From: Vicinamibacteria bacterium
GTDB taxonomy: Bacteria; Acidobacteriota; Vicinamibacteria; Marinacidobacterales; Marinacidobacteraceae
Assembly (NCBI GenBank): GCA_964291235.2
Contig: OZ219815.1
Location: 992,001 to 1,056,000, forward strand
Length of the DNA stretch: 64,000 nucleotides
Direction of reading: 5' to 3'
Shown in pieces: positions 39,155-49,107 of the stretch. The notes below the pieces were generated by a model. That model worked only from the letters and a program-made list of their open reading frames with translations, did no database searches and was not told the DNA's origin. The first letter of the stretch is position 1; each line of letters begins with the position of its first letter. The position numbers were made by a program, and so were the translations under genes.

Positions 39155-40586
39155 TCAGGGCGGGATTGTCGTCGAAGTATTCCCGACCCCGGAATTCGGG
39201 TTCGACCTGGAGACGATCAGGAATCGCTCGGCGACGAGCCAGGAAAGCGCCGCCCGCACCGCCGGTTCCGGGGGCCGGGAACACCTCCAGCGCTCGGCGG
39301 ATGCCGCCCAGGGCAACAGCGGTGCGGAACAGTTCCGCCAGGGCGATACCCGCGACCTTGTGCGCCGGCCGGAAGCGGCCGGGCCGGACCACCACCTCGG
39401 CGGGAACGATCCAGTCGCGCCGCAGGACTCCCCGGGTTTCGACTCGGGATCCGGAGGCCGGGGAAAGCCGGCCGTCCGCGGGGAGTCGCGCGGGTGCGGC
39501 CGGCGGGTCCGCCGGTCGGGCGCGACGCCGCCAGAACTCCCGCTCCCCGAACCGCGCTTCCTCGGCGTAGAAGCCGGCGATCCGCTCTTCGGTTTCGAGC
39601 GCCAGGCCCCTCTCTTTCGCGGCGTGAAATGAAAGGGCCGAACCGGCGTCCGAGGGGCGGGTGAGCGCCGTGCGCAGCACCACTGCCCCGGTCAGTCCGG
39701 AATCCATGGCCTTCATGGTTCCGAGGCCCGAAAGGGGATCGAGCGCGCTGGCGGCGTCGCCGACTGCCAGGACCAGCGGTGACTTCGCCATTGCCCCGCT
39801 TCTCAGCGCGTACGGGGTTACGTCCGCGGCCCGGACCGGGGTGAGCCGGTCCCCCGACACGAATCCGGCAAGGTCCACGCTGCGCATGGCCTCCCGGAAA
39901 CGCTCCTCCGGCTGGCCGGTGGCGTCCTCGGCGTCGAGCATGACCGTCACGTCCCGTCGGCCTCCGACCACCGGAGCGCTCCAGACCCAGCCATCGGGGA
40001 AGGACTGGATCAGGGTTCCCTCCCGTTTGCCGGGAGCGAAGTGCGCGGTCAGCGCGGTCGTCCTCCAGGCGGGCCATTCGCGATCCTGCCGGGTGAGGAG
40101 GCCGCTTCTCCCGGACGCATCGACGAGGGCTCGGGCGTTGATCCGCAGATCGTCTTCGTCTGGTCGCCGAACCGCCAGCGCCGTTTCCCCATCTAGCGGG
40201 CCGGCGGTAGCGGACCCTTCGACAATCCGCGCTCCGGCGGCGCGGGCTTCGGAAAGCGCCCAGTCGTCGAGTCGGTCCCGCCGGACCAGCCGCTGTCCCT
40301 CGCCCGCGCCGGCCTCCGGCTGGGCGGCGAGCCGTTCTTCGCGGCCCCCCCAGCGGACGAAGTGGTCCCGCGGGCGCGCCGCGTACACGGATTCCGGGAT
40401 TTCGAGTCCGTAGGAGCCGAGGAGGCGCGGGGCGGACGCCGAGAGGCTCTCGCCGAGATGCTGCCGGTTCCGCCGGGGCTGGTGGATGACCACCACCCGC
40501 AGGCCGAAGACGGACAGCTGGCGGGCGGCCAGCGCGCCGGCGGGACCCCCGCCGATGACCGCTACCTCGGCAACCAGGGGGGACAC
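39155..40586 (-). CDS. qhpG: FAD-dependent monooxygenase, QhpG-like (apparent +1 frameshift near 39272)
   Basis: IGGGPAG, DGWVW, VGDAASALDPLSG.G, FYAEEARF...FW and a C-terminal segment resembling QhpG from memory. Removing one base from the G5 run (39270-39274) restores ...VRAALSWLVAERFLI... ending at TGA 39155. Confidence 0.72.
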
Positions 40587-40603
40587 GGTGTCCCGGGATC
40601 TGG

Positions 40604-43126
40604 CTAGCGTGGTCTCTGGCCGCGTGAGCGGAGCGCTTCCGCGACGCCGCCGAGCACGACTTCGCGTTGCGCTTCGTTCAGCCAGTCATCCCGGCGTCGC
40701 ATGGCGTCACCGAAGTCCTCGATCATCCGCTGCATGTACTCGCGGTCGGCCTCGACCACGATCTCGGCTCCGTCCAGCACCGCGTACACCGGGGTGGAAT
40801 GGGCGAAGAGCGAGCTGTCGGTAGTCCAGACGGACCGGGGCCCCTCGGCGCGCACCGCGATCCAGGCGCTGCCGGGGAGTTCGAGGTCCCCCGAGAGCTC
40901 CAGCGCGAAGGGGGAACCGGCCACCGGATCGGCGTCCGGGTCGCCCGTCGTTTCCTGCCACACCTCGCCGTTCACCAGCACCGTGAGTCGTCCCATCGGC
41001 ACCGCGGAGACGGCTCTTGCCCGGACAGCAAGAACGGCGGGACCGCTGCGCTCGATTTCGTCGCCCATCCCGGAACCGTCCACGTCCAGTTCCAGCAGCG
41101 GTCCGTTGGTGGAAAAGCTCCGGCCTTCGCGGAGGGCGAGAGCCCAGTCCTCGGGGCCGGCGTCTTCCGGAAGGCGCACGTAGGTCCGGCCGGTGCCGAG
41201 GGGCGGATCGCGGGAGGTGTCCGAGAAGGTGTCCGAGCCGCCGGCGGCCGCGAGGCGGAAGCCGGCGTTCTGCAGGCGTGCGTAGATCGCCGCCGACCCG
41301 GTCTCCGAACTGGGAATGCAGTTGATGTCGAAAAAATCAACAACGCCCAGAGCAGCATCCAGCGGGATCTCGGAGGGCGAAGCTCCGGTGAACGGCGCTC
41401 CCTCGGCCAGATAGGCGAAATAGGGGTGCGGCATCCCCACCACCACCTGGTCCCCCTGTTCCGCCCGGAGACGCCGGATGTACTCGAACAGCGGCGGGAA
41501 GGGCGCCTCCCGCGCCGTGCCTCGCACGCCGGTCGCCAGTGGATAGAAGAGCCGGTCGGGATTCAGGAAGGTCCGGTGGCCGAAGGGCATCCGGTATTCC
41601 TGGCCGTAGCGCAGGAACACGCTGTCGGTGGAGGCCGGATGGCGGCCGGCCACGAAGCGCGCCGGATCCCCCATGGTGCGCGAGCCGTCCACGTGGATGA
41701 GCGCGTGCACCACCTCGACCGCCTCGGCTTCCGCCTGGGCGACCAGGTCTTCCGGGGTGATCCGGAGATCGCCGGCGTGGAGGTCGTGCACGTGGGTGTC
41801 CCCGGAGATCCAACCGCGCTCCCGGAGGTTGGCGAACCGTTCGAGTTCCGCCTCGACGGCGGTCTCTTCTCCGGAACGCACCTCTACTTGATGCTCCCAC
41901 GGCAGGTACTCCACCCCGCGCTTCAGGCGAACGGTCGCCGGGCCCGGGGGCACCTCCAGCGAGAACTCGCCGGCCGCGTGGAAGTAGTGGGTTTCGGTAT
42001 AAGAGACGATGCGCCGGAAGACGCCGCGCGGAGCGTGACTCCTCCCGTCCGCGCCCAGGACCGTCGCTCGGGCCGGCTCGCTGAGCCGGACGCGGAGACG
42101 TCCCCAGGCCGGGCCCTCCCGGTTCAGACCGGTGACCTCGAGCGGCCGGGCGGCGCCGCCGTGCACCCCGATCACCTCGAGCGCCGGATTCCCGTCCCGA
42201 TTCGTGGTGAAGACGATCTCCTGCCCGTCGGGCGACCACGCCGGGTCCTTCTCGTCCCAGTCGTCGTCGCGCGTCAGCCGGAAAGGCAATCCTCCCTCGG
42301 CGGGCAGCAGAAACAGGTCGTAACTGCCCCGGATATCCGACGCGAAGGCGATCAGGCTCCCGTCGGGGGACACCGCGGGGCGGGTCCGGAACGTGGTCTC
42401 CTCGACGTGGAGTTCCTGGTAGTCGCCCGCTCCCTCGATCCGGAAGATTCCTCCGGTCCCGGGGTAATCCGACCGGTTGGAGACCGCCACCAGGAAACCG
42501 CCCGGCAGGTCTCCAGGGTCCGGGCCGTCAGCGAAGTCCGGACTCGGATCCGGTTGGATTTCGTTCGAATCGCCGCCCCAGACGAGAGTGTCCGTCCCGT
42601 CTCCATCGACCGCGCGGATGTCGAAGGTGCCGGACTGGGCCGAGGAATAGACGACTCGGCCGCCCGCTGCGGCGCGCGGATGGAAATCCATGGTCGAATG
42701 GCTCGTGAGACGCTCGGGCAACCCTCCCGCGCTGTCCACGCGCCAGATATCGAGGTTCCCCTCCACGTCCCGGGAAAACACCACGAAACGGCCGTCGGGG
42801 GACCAGTCGGGTTCGAAGTCGTAGGTCGCGGCCGGATCCTCCGGCCCGCCGGTGAGTTGGCGGGCCTCCCCGCCGTCGGCCGGCACCGCCCAGAGGCGGC
42901 CGTCGAGCGCGAACGCGATCTCGCTACCGTCGGGCGACCAGGCCGGATACGCGGGCCACGAGGTGACCCGGGGGACCAGGTAGTTCTCGATCCGGATCTG
43001 TCCGCCGGCCACCGCCGGGTAGCGCAGGGTGCTCATCTGCGCCGCGGCGCCGGGCCCCGCCCAGAACAGAGCCGCCAGCACGGCGGCGAGGGACAACCCC
43101 CCCGTCAGGTGGCGAGGATCTGGCAC
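40604..43126 (-). CDS. Secreted PD40/TolB-like beta-propeller fused to CehA/McbA-family metallohydrolase
   Basis: Signal peptide, repeated PAWSPDG blades, GWISGDTHVH, GQEY, HPY, GGSD, GRTYV, FSTNGP and AHSTPVY. Confidence 0.85.
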   Translation of the reverse strand: MPDPRHLTGGLSLAAVLAALFWAGPGAAAQMSTLRYPAVAGGQIRIENYLVPRVTSWPAYPAWSPDGSEIAFALDGRLWAVPADGGEARQLTGGPEDPAATYDFEPDWSPDGRFVVFSRDVEGNLDIWRVDSAGGLPERLTSHSTMDFHPRAAAGGRVVYSSAQSGTFDIRAVDGDGTDTLVWGGDSNEIQPDPSPDFADGPDPGDLPGGFLVAVSNRSDYPGTGGIFRIEGAGDYQELHVEETTFRTRPAVSPDGSLIAFASDIRGSYDLFLLPAEGGLPFRLTRDDDWDEKDPAWSPDGQEIVFTTNRDGNPALEVIGVHGGAARPLEVTGLNREGPAWGRLRVRLSEPARATVLGADGRSHAPRGVFRRIVSYTETHYFHAAGEFSLEVPPGPATVRLKRGVEYLPWEHQVEVRSGEETAVEAELERFANLRERGWISGDTHVHDLHAGDLRITPEDLVAQAEAEAVEVVHALIHVDGSRTMGDPARFVAGRHPASTDSVFLRYGQEYRMPFGHRTFLNPDRLFYPLATGVRGTAREAPFPPLFEYIRRLRAEQGDQVVVGMPHPYFAYLAEGAPFTGASPSEIPLDAALGVVDFFDINCIPSSETGSAAIYARLQNAGFRLAAAGGSDTFSDTSRDPPLGTGRTYVRLPEDAGPEDWALALREGRSFSTNGPLLELDVDGSGMGDEIERSGPAVLAVRARAVSAVPMGRLTVLVNGEVWQETTGDPDADPVAGSPFALELSGDLELPGSAWIAVRAEGPRSVWTTDSSLFAHSTPVYAVLDGAEIVVEADREYMQRMIEDFGDAMRRRDDWLNEAQREVVLGGVAEALRSRGQRPR

Positions 43127-44030
43127 GAATCGGCGTCCCCGTGAGCCCGGGTGATCTCCGGCTGAATGGTCACGTGACGGATGCCGAAGCGCTCGCGCAG
43201 CAGGGTGGTGGCGCTCTTCAGGATGGCGTCCGGTGGGGTATTTGCCTCGATGTCGGCGTGGCAGCTCAGCGAGACGAAACCGCTGTTCACGGTCCAGATG
43301 TGGAGGTCATGGATCCCGCGGACGCCCGGGAGGGAGAGCAGGCCGGAGCGCACCGCCTCGCCGTCCACGGAGGCGGGGGTGGCGAGCATCAGCACGGAGA
43401 TGCTGTCCTTCAGCAGCCGGACGCCCGAAATCACCAGCAGGCACGCAATTCCGATCGAGACGATCGCATCGATGGTGTTCCAGCCGGTGAACTGGATGAT
43501 GATGGCCGAGACGATCACTCCGCCGAACCGAGCGTGTCGCCGAGCACGTGCAGGAAGGCGCCCCGGATATTCAGGTTGCTGTGCTGGTGATGGCCCAGGA
43601 TCTTGAGCGCAACCAGATTCACGATGAGCCCGATGATCGCGATGATCAGAACCGGAATCGCGGCCACTTCGACCGGGTCACCGAGCCGCGCGATCGCGCG
43701 GGTCCCCACCCAGGCCGCGATCGCGAGGAGGAACAGCGAGTTGAGGAGCGCCGCCAGCACCTCGGCCCGGTGAAATCCGAAGGTGCGCCTGGCCGTCATG
43801 GGCCGGGTTGCGAGCCAGGCGGCCAGGAAGGACACGCCGAGCGCGGCGGCGTCGCTCAGCATGTGGCCAGCGTCGCCCTGGAGAGCGAGGCTGTTCGCCA
43901 GGATTCCTCCCACGAACTCCGCGACCGCGATCGTCAGCGTGCAGACGAGAGCGGCGGCCAGCGCCCACCGCGAAGGCAATTTCCCACCGTGTGCAGGGGC
44001 CAGCGCGTCGTGATGATGGTGATGCGACAT
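43105..44030 (-). pseudogene. Cation diffusion facilitator (CzcD/ZitB-like) split by a 1-nt frameshift near 43520
   Basis: 5' ORF has a His-rich N-terminus, [16 protein letters not shown] and [10 protein letters not shown]. 3' ORF continues with VIVSAI...IHDLHIW...HVTIQPE. One base is missing in TCG GCG GAG TGA; may be a sequencing error. Confidence 0.8.
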
Positions 44031-44151
44031 AACCCTGTGTTTCGTTACTGGTCCATCGGTAAGTATTGCTCACCCCACCCGCTAGAATGGACCTCAACCC
44101 ACGAATTGACCGCCGCCGGTGGCGGGCCCATCCCCCGGAGTAATGCTGAGT

Positions 44152-44481
44152 ATGGCCGATGGTAAAGCGCTTGAGCTGACAAGCGACAATTTCGACACGA
44201 CGGTTGGCGGCGACCAGCCGAGCCTGGTGGACTTCTGGGCCGAGTGGTGCGGCCCGTGCCGGATGATCGCCCCCGCGATCTCGGAGCTGGCCGACGACTT
44301 CGACGGCCGCGCGGTGATCGGCAAGGTCAACGTGGATGACGAACCGCGGATTGCCGAGAAGTTCCGGGTCCGCTCCATTCCCACGCTGCTGTTCTTCCAG
44401 AAGGGCGAAGTGGTCGGCCAGATCGTGGGAGTCCAGTCGAAGGCCAATCTGGCGGCCCGGCTGGAAGCGCTGATCGGCTGA
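44152..44481 (+). CDS. trxA: Thioredoxin
   Basis: LVDFWAEWCGPCRMIAP and VRSIPTLL. Confidence 0.95.
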   Translation: MADGKALELTSDNFDTTVGGDQPSLVDFWAEWCGPCRMIAPAISELADDFDGRAVIGKVNVDDEPRIAEKFRVRSIPTLLFFQKGEVVGQIVGVQSKANLAARLEALIG

Positions 44482-44550
44482 TCCAGCCCCCGGGCAGCCA
44501 CCGGGAGACTCGTCTGGTACCGTCCCTCCGGCGGAGTCGGGAGGCGAGAG

Positions 44551-46101
44551 ATGATCCGTTCAGGGCGCGCCGGCGCGTCGTTGTTGGCAGGATTGGCGCT
44601 GGTCCTTTCCGGGTGCGGCGGCGGTGAACCCGCCAGTGGATCCGCCGGCCTCGCCATCACGGGCGCCCGGATCGTGGACGGCGCGGGCTCTCCGGAATTC
44701 GCCGGGACCGTCCGCATCGTGGCGGGGCGCGTTGCCGAGGTGGGCGCCGACATCGCACCGCGGTCCGGAGACACCGTTCTGGATGCGGGAGGCCTGGTGC
44801 TCGCGCCGGGATTCATCGACACCCACAGCCACGCCGATTTCGATCTCCTGGAGCGGCTGGACGCCACCGCCGCGGTGAGCCAGGGAATCACCACGCTGGT
44901 GGTGGGGCAGGATGGGGGGTCGCCCCATCCGCTCGCCGATTTCCGGCGCCGGCTCGAGGCGGCGCCCGCGACGGTGAACGTCGCGAGCTACGCCGGGCAC
45001 AACACGTTCCGCGGGCTGGTGATGGGCGAGGACTTCCGCCGCGAGGCGACCGCGGAAGAGATCGCCGAGATGGCGCGGCTCCTCGAAGCGGACCTGGCCG
45101 CGGGAGCCCTGGGCCTGAGCACCGGTCTCGAGTACGACCCGGGGATCTATTCCGCAACGGAGGAGGTGTTGCAGCTCGCGCAGGTGGCTGCCGCTGCGGG
45201 CGGGCGGTACATCAGCCACCTGCGGAGCGAGGACCGCTGGTTCTGGGACGCCGTGGAGGAGATCATCCGGATCGGTGCGGAGACCGGGATGCCGGTGCAG
45301 CTCACCCATGCGAAGCTCGCGCTCCAGAGCCTCTGGGGCGAAACGCCGCGCCTCCTCGCCCGCCTGGAGGAAGCGCGCGCCGAGGGAGTGGACATCACGC
45401 TGGACGTCTATCCCTATCCGTACTGGCAGTCCACCCTTACGGTGATGTTCCCGGAGCGGGACTTCACCGACCTGGAGGAGTCACGTTTCGTGGTCTCCGA
45501 AATGGCCCTGCCCGACGGCATCCTGATCCCTACCTACGCCCCCGAGCCCTCCTACGCCGGCCGGACGCTGGCCAGCATCGCCGAGGAGCTTGGTGAAGAG
45601 CCGGCCGCGGTCCTGCTGGATCTGATTCAGCGGGCGGAGGCCATGCGCGCGGCGCCGGACCTGTCGCACGGGACCCGGGTGGAAACGGTGATCGCCACCA
45701 GCATGGCCGAAGACGACATCGCCGCCCTCTTTGCCTGGGAGCACGCCAATCTGTCCACCGACGGCGCGCTCTTCGGCGCCCATCCCCGCGGCTTCGGGTC
45801 CTTCCCGCGGGCGATCCGGCAGTTCGTCCGGGAGCGGGGAATCCTCAGTCTCGAAGAAGCCGTCCGGCGCATGACCTCGCTCGCCGCCGATCACATGGGT
45901 TTCAGCGACCGCGGCCGGATCGCTCCCGGGATGGTCGCGGACCTGGTCCTCTTCGACCCGGAGACGGTCTCCGACCGGGCCACCCCGGAGGCCCCCCACG
46001 AACTTTCCGTCGGGATCCATCGGGTGCTGGTGGCCGGAGAAACCGTATTTGCGGACGGCCGGGTGACCGATGCGCGCCCCGGCGTCTTTCTTGCACGGTG
46101 A
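44551..46101 (+). CDS. N-acyl-D-amino-acid deacylase (amidohydrolase), lipoprotein
   Basis: Lipobox LSGC, APGFIDTHSH, GLSTGLEY.PG, SHLRSE, HPRGFGSFPR and ADLVLFD. Confidence 0.9.
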   Translation: MIRSGRAGASLLAGLALVLSGCGGGEPASGSAGLAITGARIVDGAGSPEFAGTVRIVAGRVAEVGADIAPRSGDTVLDAGGLVLAPGFIDTHSHADFDLLERLDATAAVSQGITTLVVGQDGGSPHPLADFRRRLEAAPATVNVASYAGHNTFRGLVMGEDFRREATAEEIAEMARLLEADLAAGALGLSTGLEYDPGIYSATEEVLQLAQVAAAAGGRYISHLRSEDRWFWDAVEEIIRIGAETGMPVQLTHAKLALQSLWGETPRLLARLEEARAEGVDITLDVYPYPYWQSTLTVMFPERDFTDLEESRFVVSEMALPDGILIPTYAPEPSYAGRTLASIAEELGEEPAAVLLDLIQRAEAMRAAPDLSHGTRVETVIATSMAEDDIAALFAWEHANLSTDGALFGAHPRGFGSFPRAIRQFVRERGILSLEEAVRRMTSLAADHMGFSDRGRIAPGMVADLVLFDPETVSDRATPEAPHELSVGIHRVLVAGETVFADGRVTDARPGVFLAR

Positions 46102-46108
46102 ACGCCGG

Positions 46109-46930
46109 ATGACGGAGACCGATTTGGCACGGCAGCGAGTCTTTCGGCCGGGGGCGCTGCTGCTCGCCGGCCTGCTCCTGGGCGGTTGCGGTGGTGACGG
46201 AGCCGGCCCGACCACCCCCGAGCCACCGGCGCCGCCACCGGCACTCGACGTTCCGTTCAGCGTCGAAGAATTGACGGTTGGTGACGGGAACGAAGCAATC
46301 AGCGGGTACATGGTCGCGGTCTCCTACACCGCTTGGATGTATGAGCCGAATGCCAGCGAAAACAAGGGCGCCGAGCTGTTCACCGTCTCGCCCGATGTGC
46401 CGTGGGTCTTCCGGGTGGGGCTTGGCGAGGCGATCCCCGGAGTAGACCAGGCGCTTGAGGGCATGCGGGTCGGGGGCGTGCGCCGGGCGGTGATCCCGCC
46501 CGACCTCGGGTTCGGCTCCTCCGGCACCGCGGTTGTTCCCGCGAACGCCACCCTGCTGGTCGAGCTCGAACTGCTGATCAGTGAGGAGGTGCCCTTCGGG
46601 AATACGGACCTCGAGATCGGGACCGGCGCGGAAGCGACCGCCGGGGCGAGCGTTTCCATGCTCTACCAGGGCTGGCTGTTCGACCTGACGGCTTCCGATC
46701 ACAAGGGCTCCCTCTTCGATTCGAACACTGCGGCCACCCCGTTCTCCTTCACCCTCGGAGCGGGAGAAGTGATCGTCGGCTGGGATCTCGGGATCCCCGG
46801 CATGCGGGTCGGTGGACGCCGCCAGATCATCATTCCCCACCAGCTCGCCTATGGCGCCTCCGGCCGGGGGAGCACGATTCCCGGCTTCGCCACGCTGCTG
46901 TTCGAGGTCGAACTGCTGGCCGTCGAGTGA
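46109..46930 (+). CDS. Two-domain FKBP-type peptidyl-prolyl isomerase, lipoprotein
   Basis: Lipobox LGGC and two FKBP repeats (GMRVGG.R...IP..L.(F/Y)G...TL..E.EL). Confidence 0.9.
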   Translation: MTETDLARQRVFRPGALLLAGLLLGGCGGDGAGPTTPEPPAPPPALDVPFSVEELTVGDGNEAISGYMVAVSYTAWMYEPNASENKGAELFTVSPDVPWVFRVGLGEAIPGVDQALEGMRVGGVRRAVIPPDLGFGSSGTAVVPANATLLVELELLISEEVPFGNTDLEIGTGAEATAGASVSMLYQGWLFDLTASDHKGSLFDSNTAATPFSFTLGAGEVIVGWDLGIPGMRVGGRRQIIIPHQLAYGASGRGSTIPGFATLLFEVELLAVE

Positions 46931-46976
46931 CGATCTCCGGCGTCGGGAGGCGCCGGGTAGTAGGCTGTATCGCTTC

Positions 46977-48017
46977 GTGTCGTCCCCGTCAGCCCCCGTT
47001 CTCGACCGGTTTGGCCGGCCGCTCGGAAGCCTGCGTCTCTCGGTCACCGACCGGTGCAATCTCCGGTGCCAGTACTGCATGCCGGAGGAGGAGTACGTCT
47101 GGCTCCCGCGGAAGGACCTCCTCAGCTTCGACGAGACCGCCTTCGTCGTCGAGCGCTTCGCGGCCCTCGGGGTGCGGAAGCTGCGAATCACCGGCGGCGA
47201 GCCGCTGATTCGCCGCCATCTTCCCGAACTCGTCCGATTGGTCTCGGCCGTGCCGGAAATCGAAGACGTCGCCCTGACCACCAACGGGGTCCTGCTCGCC
47301 GATCAGGCCGAAACGCTCAAGGCATCCGGCCTCCACCGGATCACCGTGAGCCTCGACACGCTCCGGCCGGATCGGTTCCGCTCCCTCACCCGGCGGGACG
47401 GACTGGACTCGGTGCGGGAAGGGATCGCGGCGGCTGACGCCGCGGAGCTGCGGCCGCTCAAGCTGGATACGGTCGTGATGCGCGGGTTCAACGACGACGA
47501 ATTGGTCGAACTTTTCGAGTTCGCGTCGGAGCGGCGCGCCGAGATCCGCTTCATCGAGTACATGGATGTGGGCGGCGCCACCGGCTGGCGTCCGGACCTG
47601 GTGTTCCCCGCGGAAGCCATCCGTGAAGTCATGGCCCGCCACTTCGGAGGCGTGGAAAAGGTGCCGGTGGAAGACCCCACGGCGCCGGCGCGCCGCTACC
47701 GGATTCCGGACGGACGCGTCTTCGGCATCATCGCTTCGGTTTCCGAACCGTTCTGCCGCACCTGCGATCGCAGCCGGGTCACGGCGGACGGCCGCTGGTT
47801 CCGCTGCCTCTACGCCCCCGAGGGGCTGGATCTGAGGACTCCACTGCGCGCCGGAGCCACCGCCGCCGAGATGGACGCGCTGATCGCCTCCACCTGGTCA
47901 GGCCGGGTCGATCGGGGCGCCGAGGAGCGGGCCGCCCTCGATCAGCGGAGCCCGCTGCTGGCCGCGGGGGACCTCCGCAAGAACCCGCACCTCGAGATGC
48001 ACACCCGGGGAGGCTGA
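46977..48017 (+). CDS. moaA: GTP 3',8-cyclase
   Basis: LDRFGR, LRLSVTDRCNLRCQYCMP, FCRTCDRSR...CL and C-terminal MHTRGG. Confidence 0.95.
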   Translation: MSSPSAPVLDRFGRPLGSLRLSVTDRCNLRCQYCMPEEEYVWLPRKDLLSFDETAFVVERFAALGVRKLRITGGEPLIRRHLPELVRLVSAVPEIEDVALTTNGVLLADQAETLKASGLHRITVSLDTLRPDRFRSLTRRDGLDSVREGIAAADAAELRPLKLDTVVMRGFNDDELVELFEFASERRAEIRFIEYMDVGGATGWRPDLVFPAEAIREVMARHFGGVEKVPVEDPTAPARRYRIPDGRVFGIIASVSEPFCRTCDRSRVTADGRWFRCLYAPEGLDLRTPLRAGATAAEMDALIASTWSGRVDRGAEERAALDQRSPLLAAGDLRKNPHLEMHTRGG

Positions 48018-48036
48018 AACCGGCGCCCGGAGGCTG

Positions 48037-49062
48037 CTAGCTGGAGGGCGACTCCGTCGCGGTGTCCGCCCCGTCGAGACGAATCTCGACGATCGCGTTC
48101 TCCCGCAGGTTGCGCACGAAATTCTGCATTTCGCTCGCCATCTTTTCGGTGTAGAGCGACTCCGCGATCTGGTTTCGCACCTCGTCGAGCGGGGTCGTGG
48201 ACTCCTCGGTCCGCTCGTCCACCTTCAACAGGTAGAGGGACTCTCCGATGCGGATGGCTTCGGAAACCGTCCCGGTCTCGAGGCCGGCGACCACGGTCTG
48301 GAACGATTCGTCCAGCTCGCTGACCTGGAACAGGCCGAGGTCGCCCCCGCTCTCCGCCGACCCTGATTCCGAGCGCACCTTCGCGACCTCGCCGAAGTCG
48401 GTAACCGATTCGATCAACTGTCGCGCCTCGGCGAGGCGTTCCTGCGCCTCCGCTTCACCGGCCTCGGTGACGTGGATGACCAGCTCCCGCAGCCGGACCT
48501 GCGGTGGACGGATGAAGTCATCCACGTTCTCCCGGTAGCGCTGCTCGATTTCCGGTTCGCTGATGTTCACCCGCTCTTCGATGTCCTGGCGGCGGATTTC
48601 CTGAATGAGGACGCCCTCGAGGAACTGCTTCTTCAGTTCGTCGATGTTCGATCCCTGAAGCTCGACCTGCCGGATGAACTCCTCCTCGTTGGGGAGGTTC
48701 ATCTCCTCGATGGTTGCGTCCTTCCATTCGTCGAAGTAGCGGTCGGGAACCCGGAGCCCGCGCTGGTCGGCGACCTGGAGGATCAGGGTGTTGTCCACCA
48801 TCCCCTCGAGCACCTGACGGCGGAACTCGCCCTGGATTTCCGGATCTTCGGGAACTCCCAGCCGTTCTCCCTGAATGACGACCTGTCGCTGGAGTTCGCT
48901 GAAGGTGATCATGTCGCCGTTGACGAGGGCCACCACCCGGTCGACCACTTCGGCTCCGCCAGGCACTTCGACTCCGCCGGGTCCGGTCTCCTGCGCGGAG
49001 GCTGCCCCGCCGGCCGCGAAGAGCGTGGCGGCCAGAAAAGCACGGAAGAGGTGACGCCGCAT
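48037..49062 (-). CDS. SurA-like periplasmic chaperone/parvulin PPIase
   Basis: Signal peptide, VDRVVALVNGDMIT.SEL (SurA N-domain) and SAESGGDLG parvulin motif. Confidence 0.85.
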   Translation of the reverse strand: MRRHLFRAFLAATLFAAGGAASAQETGPGGVEVPGGAEVVDRVVALVNGDMITFSELQRQVVIQGERLGVPEDPEIQGEFRRQVLEGMVDNTLILQVADQRGLRVPDRYFDEWKDATIEEMNLPNEEEFIRQVELQGSNIDELKKQFLEGVLIQEIRRQDIEERVNISEPEIEQRYRENVDDFIRPPQVRLRELVIHVTEAGEAEAQERLAEARQLIESVTDFGEVAKVRSESGSAESGGDLGLFQVSELDESFQTVVAGLETGTVSEAIRIGESLYLLKVDERTEESTTPLDEVRNQIAESLYTEKMASEMQNFVRNLRENAIVEIRLDGADTATESPSS

Positions 49063-49107
49063 GATCAGACCTCGGATTCTAGTGTGGCCGGCGAGACGAG
49101 GAGGGCA

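Noticed and set aside
38634-39270. Flavoprotein-PKS fusion or 650-aa flavoprotein
   Set aside because: The extension is out of frame with the PKS, is Arg/Gly/Pro-rich, and is explained by a one-base frameshift.
44497-44510. Partial match to the 18-bp unit (CCACCGGGAGACT) downstream of trxA
   Set aside because: Only 11 nt exact and no MITE context; compatible with chance in GC-rich DNA.
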